The notes beneath the pieces are model-generated. The model was given only the letters and a program-made list of their open reading frames with translations. It was not told the origin of the DNA and ran no database searches. Below, piece by piece: positions 12,856 through 26,038 of a stretch of 64,000 nt of DNA. The position numbers were made by a program, and so were the translations under genes. Numbering within the stretch: position 1 is the stretch's first letter; every line of letters starts with the position of its first letter. Source of the stretch: Paraphysomonas bandaiensis (taxonomy: Eukaryota; Protista; Chrysophyceae); the NCBI GenBank assembly GCA_965644295.1, contig CBFFRP010000046.1:1-64000 (forward strand), written 5' to 3'.

Positions 12856-13967
12856 ATGTTATCACATCTCTCTCATCATATCTCACACAGATATACTCCT
12901 TTAACACTCCGCTATATGTCAACAAGATTACAGGCATTACGTCAACAGATAGCAGAGGAAGATAAGTCAATAGGCGTGATTAAAGTCAGAGGCTCAAAGA
13001 AATCTCTTCCTAAACCCTCATGGCTTAAAGCGGTATGTATACAGGCTCTACAGACCCCTCATATAACCCTCTACATATGCAGGAGGTGCCATCAGGGGAG
13101 AACTATGAGCGTCTCCGTAATACAGTTAGAAAACTGAATCTAGCGACTGTATGTGAAGAGGCTCGCTGTCCTAATATAGGAGAGTGTTGGGGGGGAGCGA
13201 AAGGGACAGCAACAGCAACTATTATGATTATGGGAGAAGAATGTACGAGAGGATGTTCATTTTGTTCAGTTAAGACATCAAGACGTCCTAAACCATTGGA
13301 TCCTATGGAACCTGAGAATGTAGCAGAGGCTGTCACATCATGGGGGCTGGATTATGTTGTGTTAACGTCTGTTGATCGTGATGAATTGCCTGATCAAGGA
13401 AGTGGACACTTTGCAGCTACAGTGCGTCACCTCAAAGAGAAGAGCCCCAGCATTCTTGTTGAGTGTCTCACTCCTGACTTCAGGGGTATTCCCGAGCACA
13501 CCCACAGGGTGGCACTGAGTGGTCTCGATGTATACGCGCATAACCTTGAAACTGTGGAGCGTCTACAAAGGAGAGTAAGAGACTACAGGGCTGGCTATGC
13601 GCAGAGCATTCGAGTACTTGAGATGGCCAAAGAAGCGGGTTCTGGTGGAGAGCGGGCACGCCCGGTTGTCACAAAAACATCATTGATGCTCGGGTTAGGC
13701 GAGAAGGACGAGGAAGTTCACCAAACACTGCAAGATCTTTATAATGCTGGTGTAGATGTCGTTACCCTTGGTCAGTATTTACGACCCACGAAGAGGCATA
13801 TGTCTGTCCAGAGGTACGTAACCCCTGAAGAATTTACTCACTGGGAGAAAGTTGCGCTCGATATGGGGTTCAAGTACGCAGCAAGTGGACCGCTGGTTAG
13901 AAGCAGCTATAGGGCAGGCGAGTTGTTTTTGAAGGGTATGCTCCACAACGAGACACCGTCTTCTTAA
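12856..13967 (+). CDS. LIAS: Mitochondrial lipoyl synthase; one intron 13033-13082
   Basis: [12 protein letters not shown] (CX4CX5C), CTRGCSFC radical-SAM motif, C-terminal RSSY; basic N-terminal presequence. Confidence 0.96.
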
Positions 13968-14434
13968 ATATGTTAGTTGTAGTGTTACTCATATGAAGCT
14001 CCCATTGGTGATGTTTAGCTGATGCTGTAATATAAAAGAAATATTTTGAAACTATTTCCTGACAGTGAAGTACTATGGTCACGTGGTCTCTGCCTTAAGT
14101 AGCCGTTTACCACCGCTACCATGCGTTGTCCACACATATAAATCAGTGACACCAACCCTGAATTCTATATGTGCCGTAATTCTATACAGATGCATCAGAG
14201 CAACAACAGTACTGTTATCTTTCGCAATGTTTAGTTGCATTTAGATCGTATCAAATATAATGTTGAGTATGTCACAACATTAATTTCGGGATGCTTGCTA
14301 CAAAGTATGTGTAGGAGAAAGCCGATTCACTCTGGAGCTAATTACTTCATAACTAAATGCAAATTCTCTTATTTTAATTAGTAAGGACCATAACTGTTAC
14401 TCCAAACAATAAAGTTAAATTCAACTTTATAAAC

Positions 14435-15252
14435 TTAAATATTCTCAGGAGGTAAATCTTCTGTCGCCTCCTCTTCGTCAGCGACAGCATGGGCTTCATT
14501 ACCCATAGAAGTCGACGGGGCTGCATCGGAATACGAACAAGTCAGTATCTCGTGACTGAAAACAACATAAATGAATTTACCCACCTTCTTTAACAATATC
14601 ATTCTGAAAAGTGACCAACATAGTCCCGAAAGCAGCATACGAAAGGAAAAGGAAAAACGAAAACACTGCCATGGCTCGTTCGACGGAGTCATTGTCCCCA
14701 TTGTGCCCATTCTTGATGCGATCCACGAATAGAGCAAACAAAATTAGCATCTGGTTGCTCATAATGAACACAACTCCAGTAAAAATACCAATCGAAAGCC
14801 CGGATTGAAACTACATCGGATATATAAGCGCAGTTTAAGTAAGACAATACACACTACCCGACGCATGGTTACAGTCCCAACTGCGGAAATAATAATGAAA
14901 ATGAGCACTGTCCATGCAGCAGCAAATGCAGCAACTTTCTCAAGACTTCCTTCCACCATATCTACAAACAAATAACACCAAATATATTACTAGAGTATAT
15001 ATATACATATATACACTTACAGGATGCCGCAATGCACATTACTATGAATGTGATGCCCAGTAATATCTACATACAACATAAGCGGAAAGCACCAGCAGCT
15101 GTATGGGAATACCAATGAAGTTAACCATGTGTAAGTGATAAGCTTCTTTGGGCTCTCTTTGAACTGAGATATGAGGTTTGTGAGGGGGGCTGTGTGTGTA
15201 TGTATATGTTAGTAATGCACAGTTACATACGCGTATAGAGCTAACCTGACAT
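14435..15252 (-). CDS. Small ~4-TM membrane protein of unknown function; spliced
   Basis: Exons join through GT-AG introns into MSAPLTNLISQFKESPKKLITYTWLTSL..ILLGITFIVMCIAAS..AAFAAAWTVLIFIIISAVG..IGIFTGVVFIM..AMAVFSFFLFLSY. Acidic C-terminal tail. Confidence 0.7.
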
Positions 15253-15903
15253 GCTAATGATATATAGGAGAGACTATGAGTTGCTTGATATCAATAGATA
15301 TGATCGGTATGAATGACTTGGGTTGTAATATATGAATATATAGGGTGCTTATGATATGACTCCGCTATGTGCTCTATGCTATAGTGGAGTGTAGTGCAGT
15401 GTGTATGTATGCGTATGTAGGTACATAGACTCTATATGTATGTGTGTGTGCGTATATGTGTATGCAACACTTCTTTCTATATATCTCACCTATTCTCACT
15501 CACCATCACCACGCTATTACACACGCAGCATATGTAGACTGCTGTATAGAACAGCAGTATACCATATACCGGCCAATGGAATACGCAGTGATTGGTAGGA
15601 ATTCCTATATAGAGGTATTCTATTGTACTCTATATACAACTCTGTATACTATCATATACATGTGCTGGAGTGTATGTATGTATAAGCAAGCTTCCACACA
15701 TATACACATACACACATATACACATACAGACATGTATGTATGGCTAACTGCCCACTAAACAATAAGTCAATAGCTCAACTCCCTCTATATACACGGTGTG
15801 CACTGCATGCCATATGCCATAACCCCATAACACCACAATTCATTACATTTCACCACCCTTTCAACCACTCTCCCATAGTCTACAAGCCCACCCAGTACAT
15901 CAA

Positions 15904-17721
15904 ATGGAAGAAACACAACAACTCAGTTGGAAATCATCCAAAAAACTAACAGATGAACAAATAAAAATGATATTTGATGAAATGGATGATAAAAATCGTG
16001 GATGGATAACTGCTGCTGATATAGAAAAACGTTTAATACGATTCGGTCTACCAAATGCCACAACACAAGCGAACATACTACTGAATGCATTAGCAAAAGA
16101 TGACAACAAATTACAATATACTGATTTTTATAAATTTGTAAGAAGACGTGAAGAAAAGTTGTATGAGGTGTATAAAACTGTAGATACAAACAAAGATGGT
16201 ATGATAACTCCTGATGAACTAACGAGACGATTAGCATCACAATCTGAAATATTTTCTGATCCTAGTATTGCTGCAAAGGCATCGCGTTCACTGATATCGA
16301 GAATGGACGTTACTGGAGATGGTTCAATATCATTTAGAGAGTTTTCAAGAGTGTTTGTGGTGTTACCAGAGTTAGATGTAGAGGTGGTGTTTCAACATTG
16401 GACCAAATATGCTCACATCGACATGGGTGAAGATTATTCACTACCTGATGAACCCAGTGTAGAAAAGAGTAGAACGAATATATTTATTTCTGGAGCTATT
16501 GCAGGATGCGTATCTCGATGTGTTACAGCTCCTATGGATCGGCTAAAAGTCATAATGCAAGCTGGGAAAGGCGATGCCACGATTGTTAACATGATGCGCT
16601 ACATGTACAATGAAGGTGGGCTCATCGGTATGTGGAGAGGGAATGGAATCAATTGTTTAAAAATCGGGCCAGAATCTGCAGCAAAGTTTCTATTGTAAGT
16701 GACTTATTGTGTTTTTGGTTTATTCTAATTGCTCTCTAGCTACGGCGAGTTCAAACATCTTGTTACGAGTGTTACGGGCGGCGACGAGATGACACCTTCT
16801 GTAGTGGAGAAGTTTGTGGCAGGAGCTGCAGCTGGGGCCGCTGCACAGGTTGGTGTCTATATACCGAAATATGCAAGAAATATTGAAATATTTGTTTGAT
16901 ATTAGACGCTGGTGTATCCCCTTGAAATAACTAAGACCAGACTTGCCCTCTCGACTACAGGTTTGTGATGTGATTTTATGTTGGAGAGTTCTCATTTGAC
17001 ATTTATAGGGGAATACAGTAGTGTGTATGACGTGATAAAAACTATAGTTACTGATGGAGGTATTTATGACGCTGTGTTGCGATTTATCTCCCTGCTCAGT
17101 TTGTTGCTGTAAAGGAGTGCGTGGGTTGTACCGAGGCATGGCACCATCATTGCTTGGCATTCTGCCATACGCCGGTATAGATTTAATGGTATTCAATACC
17201 CTTAAAGAGCGATGGATGGAGGATAACAGGAAGAGTGGATGTCAAAACAAGACCCCTGATGTGCTTACATTGGTATGATAATTTCTATTGAGTTGTGTTC
17301 ATGTATAAATTCTCGGTGTTCAGCTGCTATTTGGAGCAACATCCACAACATGTGGGCAGATCGTAGCATACCCACTGCAGGTGACTGTCTTGCTTTGACT
17401 TGTTAAGGATGATCTGACCCCATCTGAACTGTAGCTCATTCGCACTAGATTACAGGCAGACAAGCATTCTCCGTCAGGAGCATCTAAATACTCGGGTAAT
17501 ATATATGCTGTCATGCATACTCTGTTTCTAATTTCATGTCGATGACAATTGTTCCAATAACAGGCATGTTGGACTGCTTTAAGAAAGCGTATGCCGCCGA
17601 AGGGATTCTCGGCTTGTATAGAGGAATAGGGCCTAATATGTTAAAGTCAATTCCCTCCATTTCTATAAGTTATGCTGTATTTGAAACGTGCTCGACTTAC
17701 TTTCATGGGATGGTAATATAG
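15904..17721 (+). CDS. Calcium-binding mitochondrial carrier (SCaMC, SLC25A23/24/25-like ATP-Mg/Pi carrier); spliced
   Basis: EF-hands ([27 protein letters not shown]) followed by three carrier repeats ([20 protein letters not shown]|LIRTRLQ; GLYRGxxP). Confidence 0.92.
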
Positions 17722-18162
17722 TTAGTATTTATACTTAAGGGTGCAGTAAAAATTTTGATACCATGAACTTGTACTTCACCAATTTTTTTCCAATTTCATC
17801 AACATACAATACTTTTTCACGCACGATGAATAGAAAACCTCGACAAAGCTAACAATGTTATTACATTATTACTACTGATCTACTGAGTATGAATTAACAA
17901 TCAAGTTTATCGTGTCTTGTCTATGCGAAGATCTTTCACTAATGTTCCTCATTTATGTAATGCCTATCTTCACATACCTAATATAGCTAATGAATGCATG
18001 TCGACTATATACAGCTACTGCTAAAATGACCAGTGCAACAGCAGCAGAGAGAAATATTGTAGACATCACTAAAAACTAAAAACCTCTATTGACAGGAGGA
18101 TTGTGAATATTATCTCGTGAAGCTACGCTTACATACCTGCAGATATCAGTTCAATCAAGTAA

Positions 18163-18235
18163 GGGTGTCTAGCTCAGTTGGTAGGGCGCACTCTCAGTAT
18201 GCATGGGGTAGTGGGATCGAAGCCCACGTTGCCCA
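18163..18235 (+). pseudogene. tRNA pseudogene (tRNA-Ala-like scaffold, anticodon position reads AGT)
   Basis: GGGTGTC-TAGCTCAGTTGGTAGGGC (A box, D arm), intact T arm GTGGG-ATCGAAG-CCCAC, acceptor 3' strand GTTGCCC-A. The anticodon stem CACTC/GCATG is badly mispaired. Confidence 0.7.
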
Positions 18236-18637
18236 CTCTACTCCTCCTTAGCATAATGAGGTCGCTTCCCATTGAAGACAAATGCCACTATAGAATTCAA
18301 ATTAGTTGTGATCTGTTGCTTCAAGCGCATCATATCTATCATGATGTGTATATATATTTGCACTGCTGCATATACAGAGTATAAAGCAAGAGGATGAACA
18401 GAGTGGCTGCAACGCACACCTGTTGCGTGCAAACGAAACCGGCTAATCGGCACGTTATGAGGTCAGTAGAATCATTAAATTATCGTGGAAGTTTCATGCA
18501 CATATATCATTGCTTCAGTGTGTACAGTATATGGACAAGCCATCATGATAGTGGATTTCTCGCATAAAATTCTTCGCTTTTTAGCTGTTTTGTATAAAAA
18601 ACGCCGTATTTCTTGCAGCTGACGGTATTCAATTTCC

Positions 18638-18650
18638 AAAAAAGACAAAA
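18638..18650 (-). terminator. Pol III oligo-T terminator of 5S copy 1
   Basis: TTTTGTCTTTTTT immediately 3' of the 5S gene on the minus strand. The same tail follows the other copies. Confidence 0.8.
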
Positions 18651-18769
18651 ACGGACAGTACCCGGACTTCGCACGTGGTCACCCACCGTACTACTAACCG
18701 GGCCAGATGCAACTTAACTTCCGCGAGCGGAACGAGAGCGGGTGCGGTTTGCATTGTATGACCGTCCAT
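18651..18769 (-). rRNA. 5S rRNA gene, copy 1 (119 nt)
   Basis: Reverse complement ATGGACGGTCATAC...GAAGTTAAG...GGTTAGTAGTACGGTGGGTGACCACG...ACTGTCCGT. Helix I pairs. Followed by TTTT-GTC-TTTTTT. Confidence 0.97.
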
Positions 18770-18914
18770 ATTAGTGCTGATCAAAGTAGTTAATAGAAAT
18801 ACAGTACTACGTAGCACTCCATGTAAACGATGGATGGGACGAAAAATATTCCTGTACTCTTGGTCGCAGTGTGTAAAATTACAACAACGGGACTTAACAC
18901 AAAAAAAGACAAAA

Positions 18915-18946
18915 ATGGACAGTACTCGGACTTCGCTCGTGGTCAC
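18915..18946 (-). pseudogene. 3'-terminal fragment of a variant 5S rRNA gene
   Basis: Last ~32 nt of 5S with 3 substitutions, plus the terminator and a downstream flank similar to that of copy 2. Confidence 0.85.
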
Positions 18947-19022
18947 AAGTAGAGAGAGCTGCATTTGATGTAAAAGTGAAATGCAAAATTACAACGGGAC
19001 GAAAACTCAAAAAAAGACAAAA

Positions 19023-19141
19023 GCGGACAGTACCCGGACTTCGCACGTGGTCACCCACCGTACTACTAACCGGGCCAGATGCAACTTAACTTCCGCGAGC
19101 GGAACGAGAGCGGGTGCGGTTTGCATTGTATGACCGTCCAT
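19023..19141 (-). rRNA. 5S rRNA gene, copy 2 (119 nt)
   Basis: Identical to copy 1 except the 3'-terminal base; followed by an oligo-T terminator. Confidence 0.97.
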
Positions 19142-19508
19142 GCTGGTTCCTCACCTTTTGTTGCATAGAAAACCAATATGTGTAAGTACCGGAGTACTGT
19201 ATGGCATATCCGTATCTCAATGCTATGTACACATACAAGTATATAGTAGTACATCTAGAGGAGTACATACCTACAGCTACATCCATACAAACACATAGCA
19301 CTGTACCTGCCTATGTATTGTACATAACTGTACAGCAGTACATACCTCTCTGTGTATAGCCCTCTACGCAGTATCGTATAGTGGTCTACAGCGTACAGTA
19401 TGTATAGCGTACAGTGTATGTATAGCGTACAGTGTATGTATAGCGTGTATCTAGACTTCAATTCTTTAATAGAGTAACTCATACATACATACACACACAA
19501 TACAATCC

Positions 19509-22500
19509 ATGTCATCAAACGCCCAGCAACTTAAAGAACAAGGCAATGCCTTCTTCAAATCCGGTGACTATACCTCTGCAGAATCCCTCTATTCCCAGTC
19601 CATTGCACTGTATAGCAGCAGCAGCAGCAGTGTGTCTGTATCAGATAAAGAGACCCTTAAAACCCTCCTGTGTAATCGTGCTGCATGCTGGTTAAAACTC
19701 AATCAATATCAATCATGTCGAGATGACTGTACGGCCGCACTGGAAATCGATCCATCTCACTGTAAAGCTCTGTATAGACGAGCCTGTGCATATGAACGAC
19801 TCGGAGACCTCTCAGATGCCTTTAAAGATCTATCCAAACTAATGCATATAGATAATAAGAATCATGATGCAATCGCTGCTATGAGACGTGTCAAAGCTGG
19901 TTTAGATAAGGAGCGTGCTCGTGATTCAGAAGTGCAACGGATTTTAACAGCATTTAAGTCAGGTGAGAAAGTGTCAGAGGCTATCAGAGCATTAGTGGGA
20001 CTCTGTGTTGATGATTCAAGTCATTCTATGGAATTTTATCGCAAAGGAGGTGTTCTTCAAATTGGACGGTATATAGAATCGAGAATCGAAGCTCATGACT
20101 ATGAGAGTGCTGCATTAGGTCTTCGTTTGTTCGGTGCTGCTTCTACTCACGCTAGATTTGTCCGTGCTGCAATCAATTTGGGTGATAATTCCGATAATGC
20201 TGCTGCTGGAGTGGCCACGGAAGATTTTTCCAAAGTTTCATTAGTAGAGGAAGATGGTGGAGGTCGCGTGCTGTGGAGTGGCGTGGGTGCACTTATATCT
20301 CACCCAGACAGTGGAGTATCCCAAACAGCAACTTCGCTTGCCCTTCGTTGTCTAAAAGCATTACCATCCGGTGTTGAAAAGGAACCCTCTGAAAAGCCTT
20401 CACCTGCGGAAGAAGCGAGGGATGACGACAATGTTCCAAGAGTAGAGGAGCTTGATGATGATGAGTCCGCCAGCAAGCCAGAAGAGAAAGAGACTAAGCC
20501 CAAGGTTGCCCCCAGCGCACCTATCAAAGAGTATGATCTTTTCTTGCGTCGAGGGCCTGCAGTAACAGTTCTGAGGGGATGGCTACGCGCTCTTTCAGGA
20601 GAGAGTGACGAAGCTTTTATGGCGGCTGCAGACGGCCTTGCTTCTTTTCTCTCTGAGATTGAGGAGTACATCGGACACGAGAAAATTATAGATACACGCA
20701 TGGAAGGTGCATTCTGTTTTTTCTTGTCAGTGTAGTGTGTACTTACGAGTGCCAGGTTTGCAAGAGCGGAAAGACCGCATAGCGAAGGTTCGCCTGCTTA
20801 AGAATCGATCTAAGACGCACGCATTGTGGGCGGTGGAGGAGGGTAGGTGCTATTTCATAACCTTACTGTCTTTGCTCACAGTTGCGACAGGAGCATTGGA
20901 CTGCTTGCTGCAACAAATGGACTCAGATAACGCTTCTAGACGACAGAGATCATCTGCATTATTTGGAAGGCTGGCATCAGCGCTAGATGATGAAGAATCA
21001 CTAAAAAAGCGACTGACTCCTCATTTAGTTGGTCATGACGCACCACCTATGCAGCCTGGGGATCCTCTCCCACCAGTGTCGCGGTGTAGGTTGCGCGCTG
21101 TCCTAGAAGCATCTCTTTTCGTTGCCCTTCCTGAGATTGGGGCATGGGCACTCAAACAAAACGGCGGAATTCAACAGCTACTGCTCCTTATATCCTCCGG
21201 AGATGATAGGTACAGATGCGCTGCTAGGTGGTGGTGTGTGTAAGTGGTAATGCAGGTGTCAGGAGATTGCAGCGGAAGTGTCGTGCCTCGCTAGCACCTC
21301 TGAAAGTGGTAGTGCCCTCATGTCTCCGGTAGTTTCCTCTGGTGCACTCCAGACTCTAATGCAGTCACCTAACCCTGGGACAAGGGCAGCAGCCGCATCA
21401 GCACTAACGAAGTTATCTCTTCAGGCGAAAGCTCTGAAGGAAGACTCAAGTGAAACCTCACAAATGTTGAACGTCGTTCTCGATGTTCTTAAGTCGTCTG
21501 CAGCTGGTAAAAGCTCCTCGGGAGATAAAAAAGAGGAGTCGAAAAAATCAACTGGGCTTGTCTCATTCAGCGCATGTGGAGACTCGTTCTCGCATGGTGG
21601 AAGTGTAACCGCCAAAAGTGCTGGAGATAATCGTGCACTGACATCAACCGAGCGCGCTGTGGAAGTACTGGCAGCGATGGTCGGAAAGTCGTTTGTGAAA
21701 GAGGAACTCGTGCACGGATCGTATCGGTGTGCTCTCGTGTGCTATAGATTGAATGAACAACGATATCTTACTCTCTTTTATTTTAGGGTTGCAGCAAGTC
21801 TAGAAGCATTGTTGAGACTAGATTTGAATCCTGATACAACTGGGAGATCAACTGTTCCGTATGGAGTTGCCTACATCATCGCGGCAATTACCGTTACGAA
21901 TAATGAGCTCCGTGAAAAGGCTCTGGCCGAGAAGGATATCTCCATGGAACAGTATAAGCAATTACAGGAGTTACAGCGAGTGAAGGCAAAGGATGAAGAC
22001 GGAAATGAAATAGAGGAGAAGAAGGTTGATTCATATGCTAGGAGTGCTGTTTGATATTAATATATCATAGGAAGAAGACGACCCCGATACTGATGTGCTC
22101 TGCAGACAAAGAATAAAACGCATCGTGGCCTTGAATGGTATACCAGCTATCATCACGTAAGTTCCTATCCGTCAGTATTTCCATTAGTCATAGTTTAACG
22201 TATGCGGCCAGACTGATGACTCACGAGTCGAAACAAACCAAAGAGTGTGCATGTCGAGCACTCAGACAGATTTGTGTTGAGGAAAGCATTCGAGGACAAG
22301 TTGTGCAACAAGGAGGACTTAAGTCCTGTATTCTCGTTTCTGTAGATGAGGATTGTGAGGTGCTCCACTAATACTGATCTGTGGATATATTGATAACAAA
22401 TTCCCAGAAATCAACTAGACGGGAAGCTGCGCACGCTATTGCCAAGACATTGGTCACTACTAACCCGAACATTCTGTCGGAACATTTGAGACTAGGGTCT

Positions 22501-23297
22501 ATCCGCCCATTGATTTTTCTCTCTAGGTCTGAACTTCATTAAATTGCGAATTATTTTTCACCTGTATTTCACAGAGATGTGGATAGCACTAATTTACAGC
22601 AGTTTGAAGCCCTCTTGGCACTCACCAACCTCACGTCCTGTGGAGATGCGGAACAAGACAAATTCGTTTCAGACAAGTAACTGCAGTTAACTAGCTTTTC
22701 GTCAACTTATTCATCGTTGCAGGGGTATAAATGCCGCCCACTATTTGATGTTCAGTGACCACTTGATGGTTCGACGAGCTGCGACAGAAACGCTGTGCAA
22801 TTTGGGTGCGCATGAATCGTTGCTGAAGGTAAGAGTAGCACTATTTCCTGCATGAGGGTTGTGATCATTGTGGCTAACAGATCATGCGAGATCCAGAGAA
22901 AGTGCGCCTGTGGCTAGGGTTCTGCGAGGACTGGGCCAATGAGGACAATAGCGACGCCTTCGCCACTGCGCGTGCTGCTGCAGGAACCCTAGCATACGCC
23001 ACCTCAGATTTGAAGGTTGCTCAGGCACTTCTTAAAGAAGATTGTGCCACTACAATTCGCACTCTACTCGAAAGCGGGAACCCAGAGCTTGTCCACCGTA
23101 CTTTAGTGATCGTATCAAATTTGTGTGAATGCGAGGATTCCAATGCCCTGGCCACACACCTTATTGAGGGAGGGATTGTCCCTTCCTTGGCCACCATTAT
23201 GAAAGACGTAGACGGAGAATACGGACAACTAGCGGAGATGGCGAGAGACACTGCTGTTTCGTTATCATCTGCAGTGTCCACAAAATCAGATACCTAG
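19509..23297 (+). CDS. UNC45: UNC-45 myosin chaperone (TPR + central + UCS domain); spliced
   Basis: N-terminal 3xTPR (LKEQGNAFFK, NRAACWLKL, KALYRRA). UCS motifs RGQVVQQGG, AAHAIAKTLVTTNP, LQQFEALLALTNL, HLMVRRAATETLCNL, RAAAGTLA. Confidence 0.9.
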
Positions 23298-23809
23298 TGT
23301 AAGTAGTGTTTGTTTGAGCACCTGAAGTGCCGCTCAGAAGTATGTAGCGTCTTAAAGCTATAACTTATTTGGTTCCAATGCCTTTTCTCGGCGACAAATT
23401 TTTTTGAAACTCATCACTAGTACCAATAGAATGCCTAATTTTAAAGATAGTAGTCGCAGTTGGTCCTGAAGTAGTACTCTACCCAAAGTTCTCTATTCAG
23501 TAGCCATCTGTAGATATGATTGCAATTTTAATCTGACCCGTTCCCAAGTGTGCCCTAGTATTGAATAAACTAAGCAATGCTTAGATCTCTATTAAAGTTA
23601 TATTCAATTCGTATTCTGTATGCGTAGCGCCAAGCAAGGTCCATCTAGATCTACACTATACTTGCGGGCTCAGTCAATTCCTTGTTAGTAGACCTACATT
23701 ATACATACATAGTTGTAATTATTGTTTGCTCTCCCAATTTCATTGACAATTACTTGAAACGTAGTCGTGGTAGCTACGTCAGCTTTCCCAGGAGATAGAA
23801 GGACATGAT

Positions 23810-24996
23810 CAGGCTTGCGTAACCATTAATGGCCATTAATGGCCATTAATGGCCTTCCCCCATAAAATGGAAAAAAAGCAATTCATTAATGGCCATAAAA
23901 ATGGGGGAGAGATGTAGTGCCCATTAATGGCCATTAATGGCAATATCCATTAGTTAGTATCCAGTTGTCAGCATCATGCGAGAATACGTGACAAGCCACG
24001 ACCTTCCGGTGCATTATTAGTTATTAATATATTATAACTCTGTCCATCATTCATGGAAGCGGTATTTGTTACTTTCTCCTGTGTTGACTTGTGATAACTT
24101 CAATGACGATGTTACTGACTTGCTACCTTCTGTACCACAGCACCGACGGATCGCGCAAGTAACATCAGACCTTGCTAAGTGCAACGAAGTCGCATTGATG
24201 CTGCAGAAATCGTCTGTAGATCATTATGTTGTGCGTAGCATGTTCGACAAACTTATTGAAAACTTTCCAGATATGGAACAGTATCTTGGTGCTAATGCTA
24301 CCATTACAACTGACCCATTATTCGAGAGAGCTGTTGTGAAGATCCAAAGCCAACTGGAGAATACTCTGACTGTTGCAGAAACTAAAACCGTTAAGGGCTA
24401 TCTCCTTGCGGCTCATAAGGATGACGATAGCAGTGGCGATGATGAAACGGGGGAAACAGGAGGATTTGCTGTGGATATAGTGAGAGAAGCTGTGGCAAAA
24501 AAGGCAAAGAACAGCAGGAGAGCCACTAAATATCGCTCCATGAATCATTTGGTGACGACTTCCAATATTGTTGAGCGATTATTTAGCAGAGCAAAACTTA
24601 TTATGAGAGACCAGCGCAAGCTAATGGAACCCCAACATTTGGAGCTGCTACTCTTTTTGCGTTGCAACAAATTCTTATGGAACGAAGTTACCATTGATGA
24701 TATTATAGTTGCTGATGATGTTTAAGAATATTGTTCGTATTAGCTATCTGACCTGACTGTAACATGGGAACGAACTGCTCATCATTGCTGTTAAATAGCT
24801 AGTACTTAGTCTAATTATTAGCACTTTCCATTTACTTCTTTCTAAAAAGCAATAAAGCAATAGTAATCAAACCATAAATGGTCCATTAATGGCCATTAAT
24901 GGCCATAAAAATGGTGGGATTTTTAAAATTAATGGCCATAAAAATGGGGAAAGCAATGCGTCGCCATTAATGGCCATTAATGGTTACGCAAGCCTG
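23810..24996 (+). mobile_element. Non-autonomous hAT DNA transposon (internal-deletion derivative, 1187 bp)
   Basis: Perfect 34-bp TIRs CAGGCTTGCGTAACCATTAATGGCCATTAATGGC. Perfect 8-bp TSD GACATGAT at 23802-23809 and 24997-25004. Subterminal CCATTAATGG palindromes. Confidence 0.95.
24066..24725 (+). pseudogene. C-terminal fragment of hAT transposase (dimerisation domain)
   Basis: TTSNIVERLFSRAKLIMRDQRKLMEPQHLELLLFLRCN is the hAT C-terminal signature. The N-terminal part of the transposase is absent. Confidence 0.85.
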
Positions 24997-26038
24997 GACA
25001 TGATGGCTTTCCTAAAATCTAAGCGCTAAAAGCTCTCAGTGATGTATCAGTGAGCTCTCACTATATTACATTCACAATATAATATTGATATTGCATACAG
25101 GTATCTGGTATGATGAATTGTTGGAGTCAACTTATATTGCAATATGTGTTGTGAATTATTAGTAAACGATATGTTTGATTTATTCTAATTACCAATAAAT
25201 GTTGTGCCAGTCACCAAATGAATAAATAACACTAATTAATAATAAGCAGTGATGTCAGGATCCCTGACTTTGAGAATGGTATTGACAATATTCAGGCCAG
25301 ATGAGAACATACACAAGCAATGCTCCGTACTAATAATGTTAAAATAAATGATGATGGCAATAATGTAGATGCTTAATACGTCAAAATATTAGTACATCGA
25401 ACTCAACAGAATGATAGCTGATCAAAGCTGCCTACTGGGGAATCCAATCGACGAAAACGCTGGTTTAGCACTATCGACATTCTGCTGTCAGAGATTTTAG
25501 CTAATGGACGACACGTGTGATGAAACTATCTTTTGAGGCTTGCGGTTTACTTGAGGGTTAGACATTGAAGTCATCTATACACTTATATTAGTAGAAGCTG
25601 AGAAATTTTATTTTGCACATGAATCTCAGCTTAGAGTTCTCTTTTATGGCTTAGTACGAAATCGGTTGTATAGTTTTGGTGTACTATAGAAATACTTACA
25701 AACATTAGTTATATACAGTTACGGTCAGATACTATAAAACTTAATGTGTTTTGTGTGTATACATTGCGGTAGAGTTCACTGACAATATGTTTACATGTAT
25801 TGTTGATAGTTGATACACTCTGGTATAAGCGTATGTCTAACGCTTAACTAATTATAGCGCGAAGGCTTCACGACACATACCACAATACAAAAACTATGCT
25901 TCGACTGTGAAATATATTATTACCGACTGGTTATAGTCTAGCATATGTAGATACAAAGCTACGAACTCTACGCATCAAATAATTTCGGAAAGACATTAAA
26001 CTTTATAACTGTGATTAATAATTAGTAAAGTAACGATT

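Noticed and set aside
18629-19301. Short ORFs over the 5S region
   Set aside because: They are translations of 5S rRNA genes and flanks.
19388-19450. 18-bp unit TATAGCGTACAGTGTATG repeated about three times upstream of UNC-45
   Set aside because: A small local slippage duplication within the general promoter low-complexity pattern.
23820-23945. CRISPR-like appearance of CCATTAATGG repeats (and GACTAGG repeats at 53017-53175)
   Set aside because: No constant-length unique spacers, eukaryotic context, and explained as transposon subterminal repeats.
25420-25520. Peptide KRWFSTIDILL resembling the hAT RW motif
   Set aside because: Too short, followed by stops, and no supporting ends.
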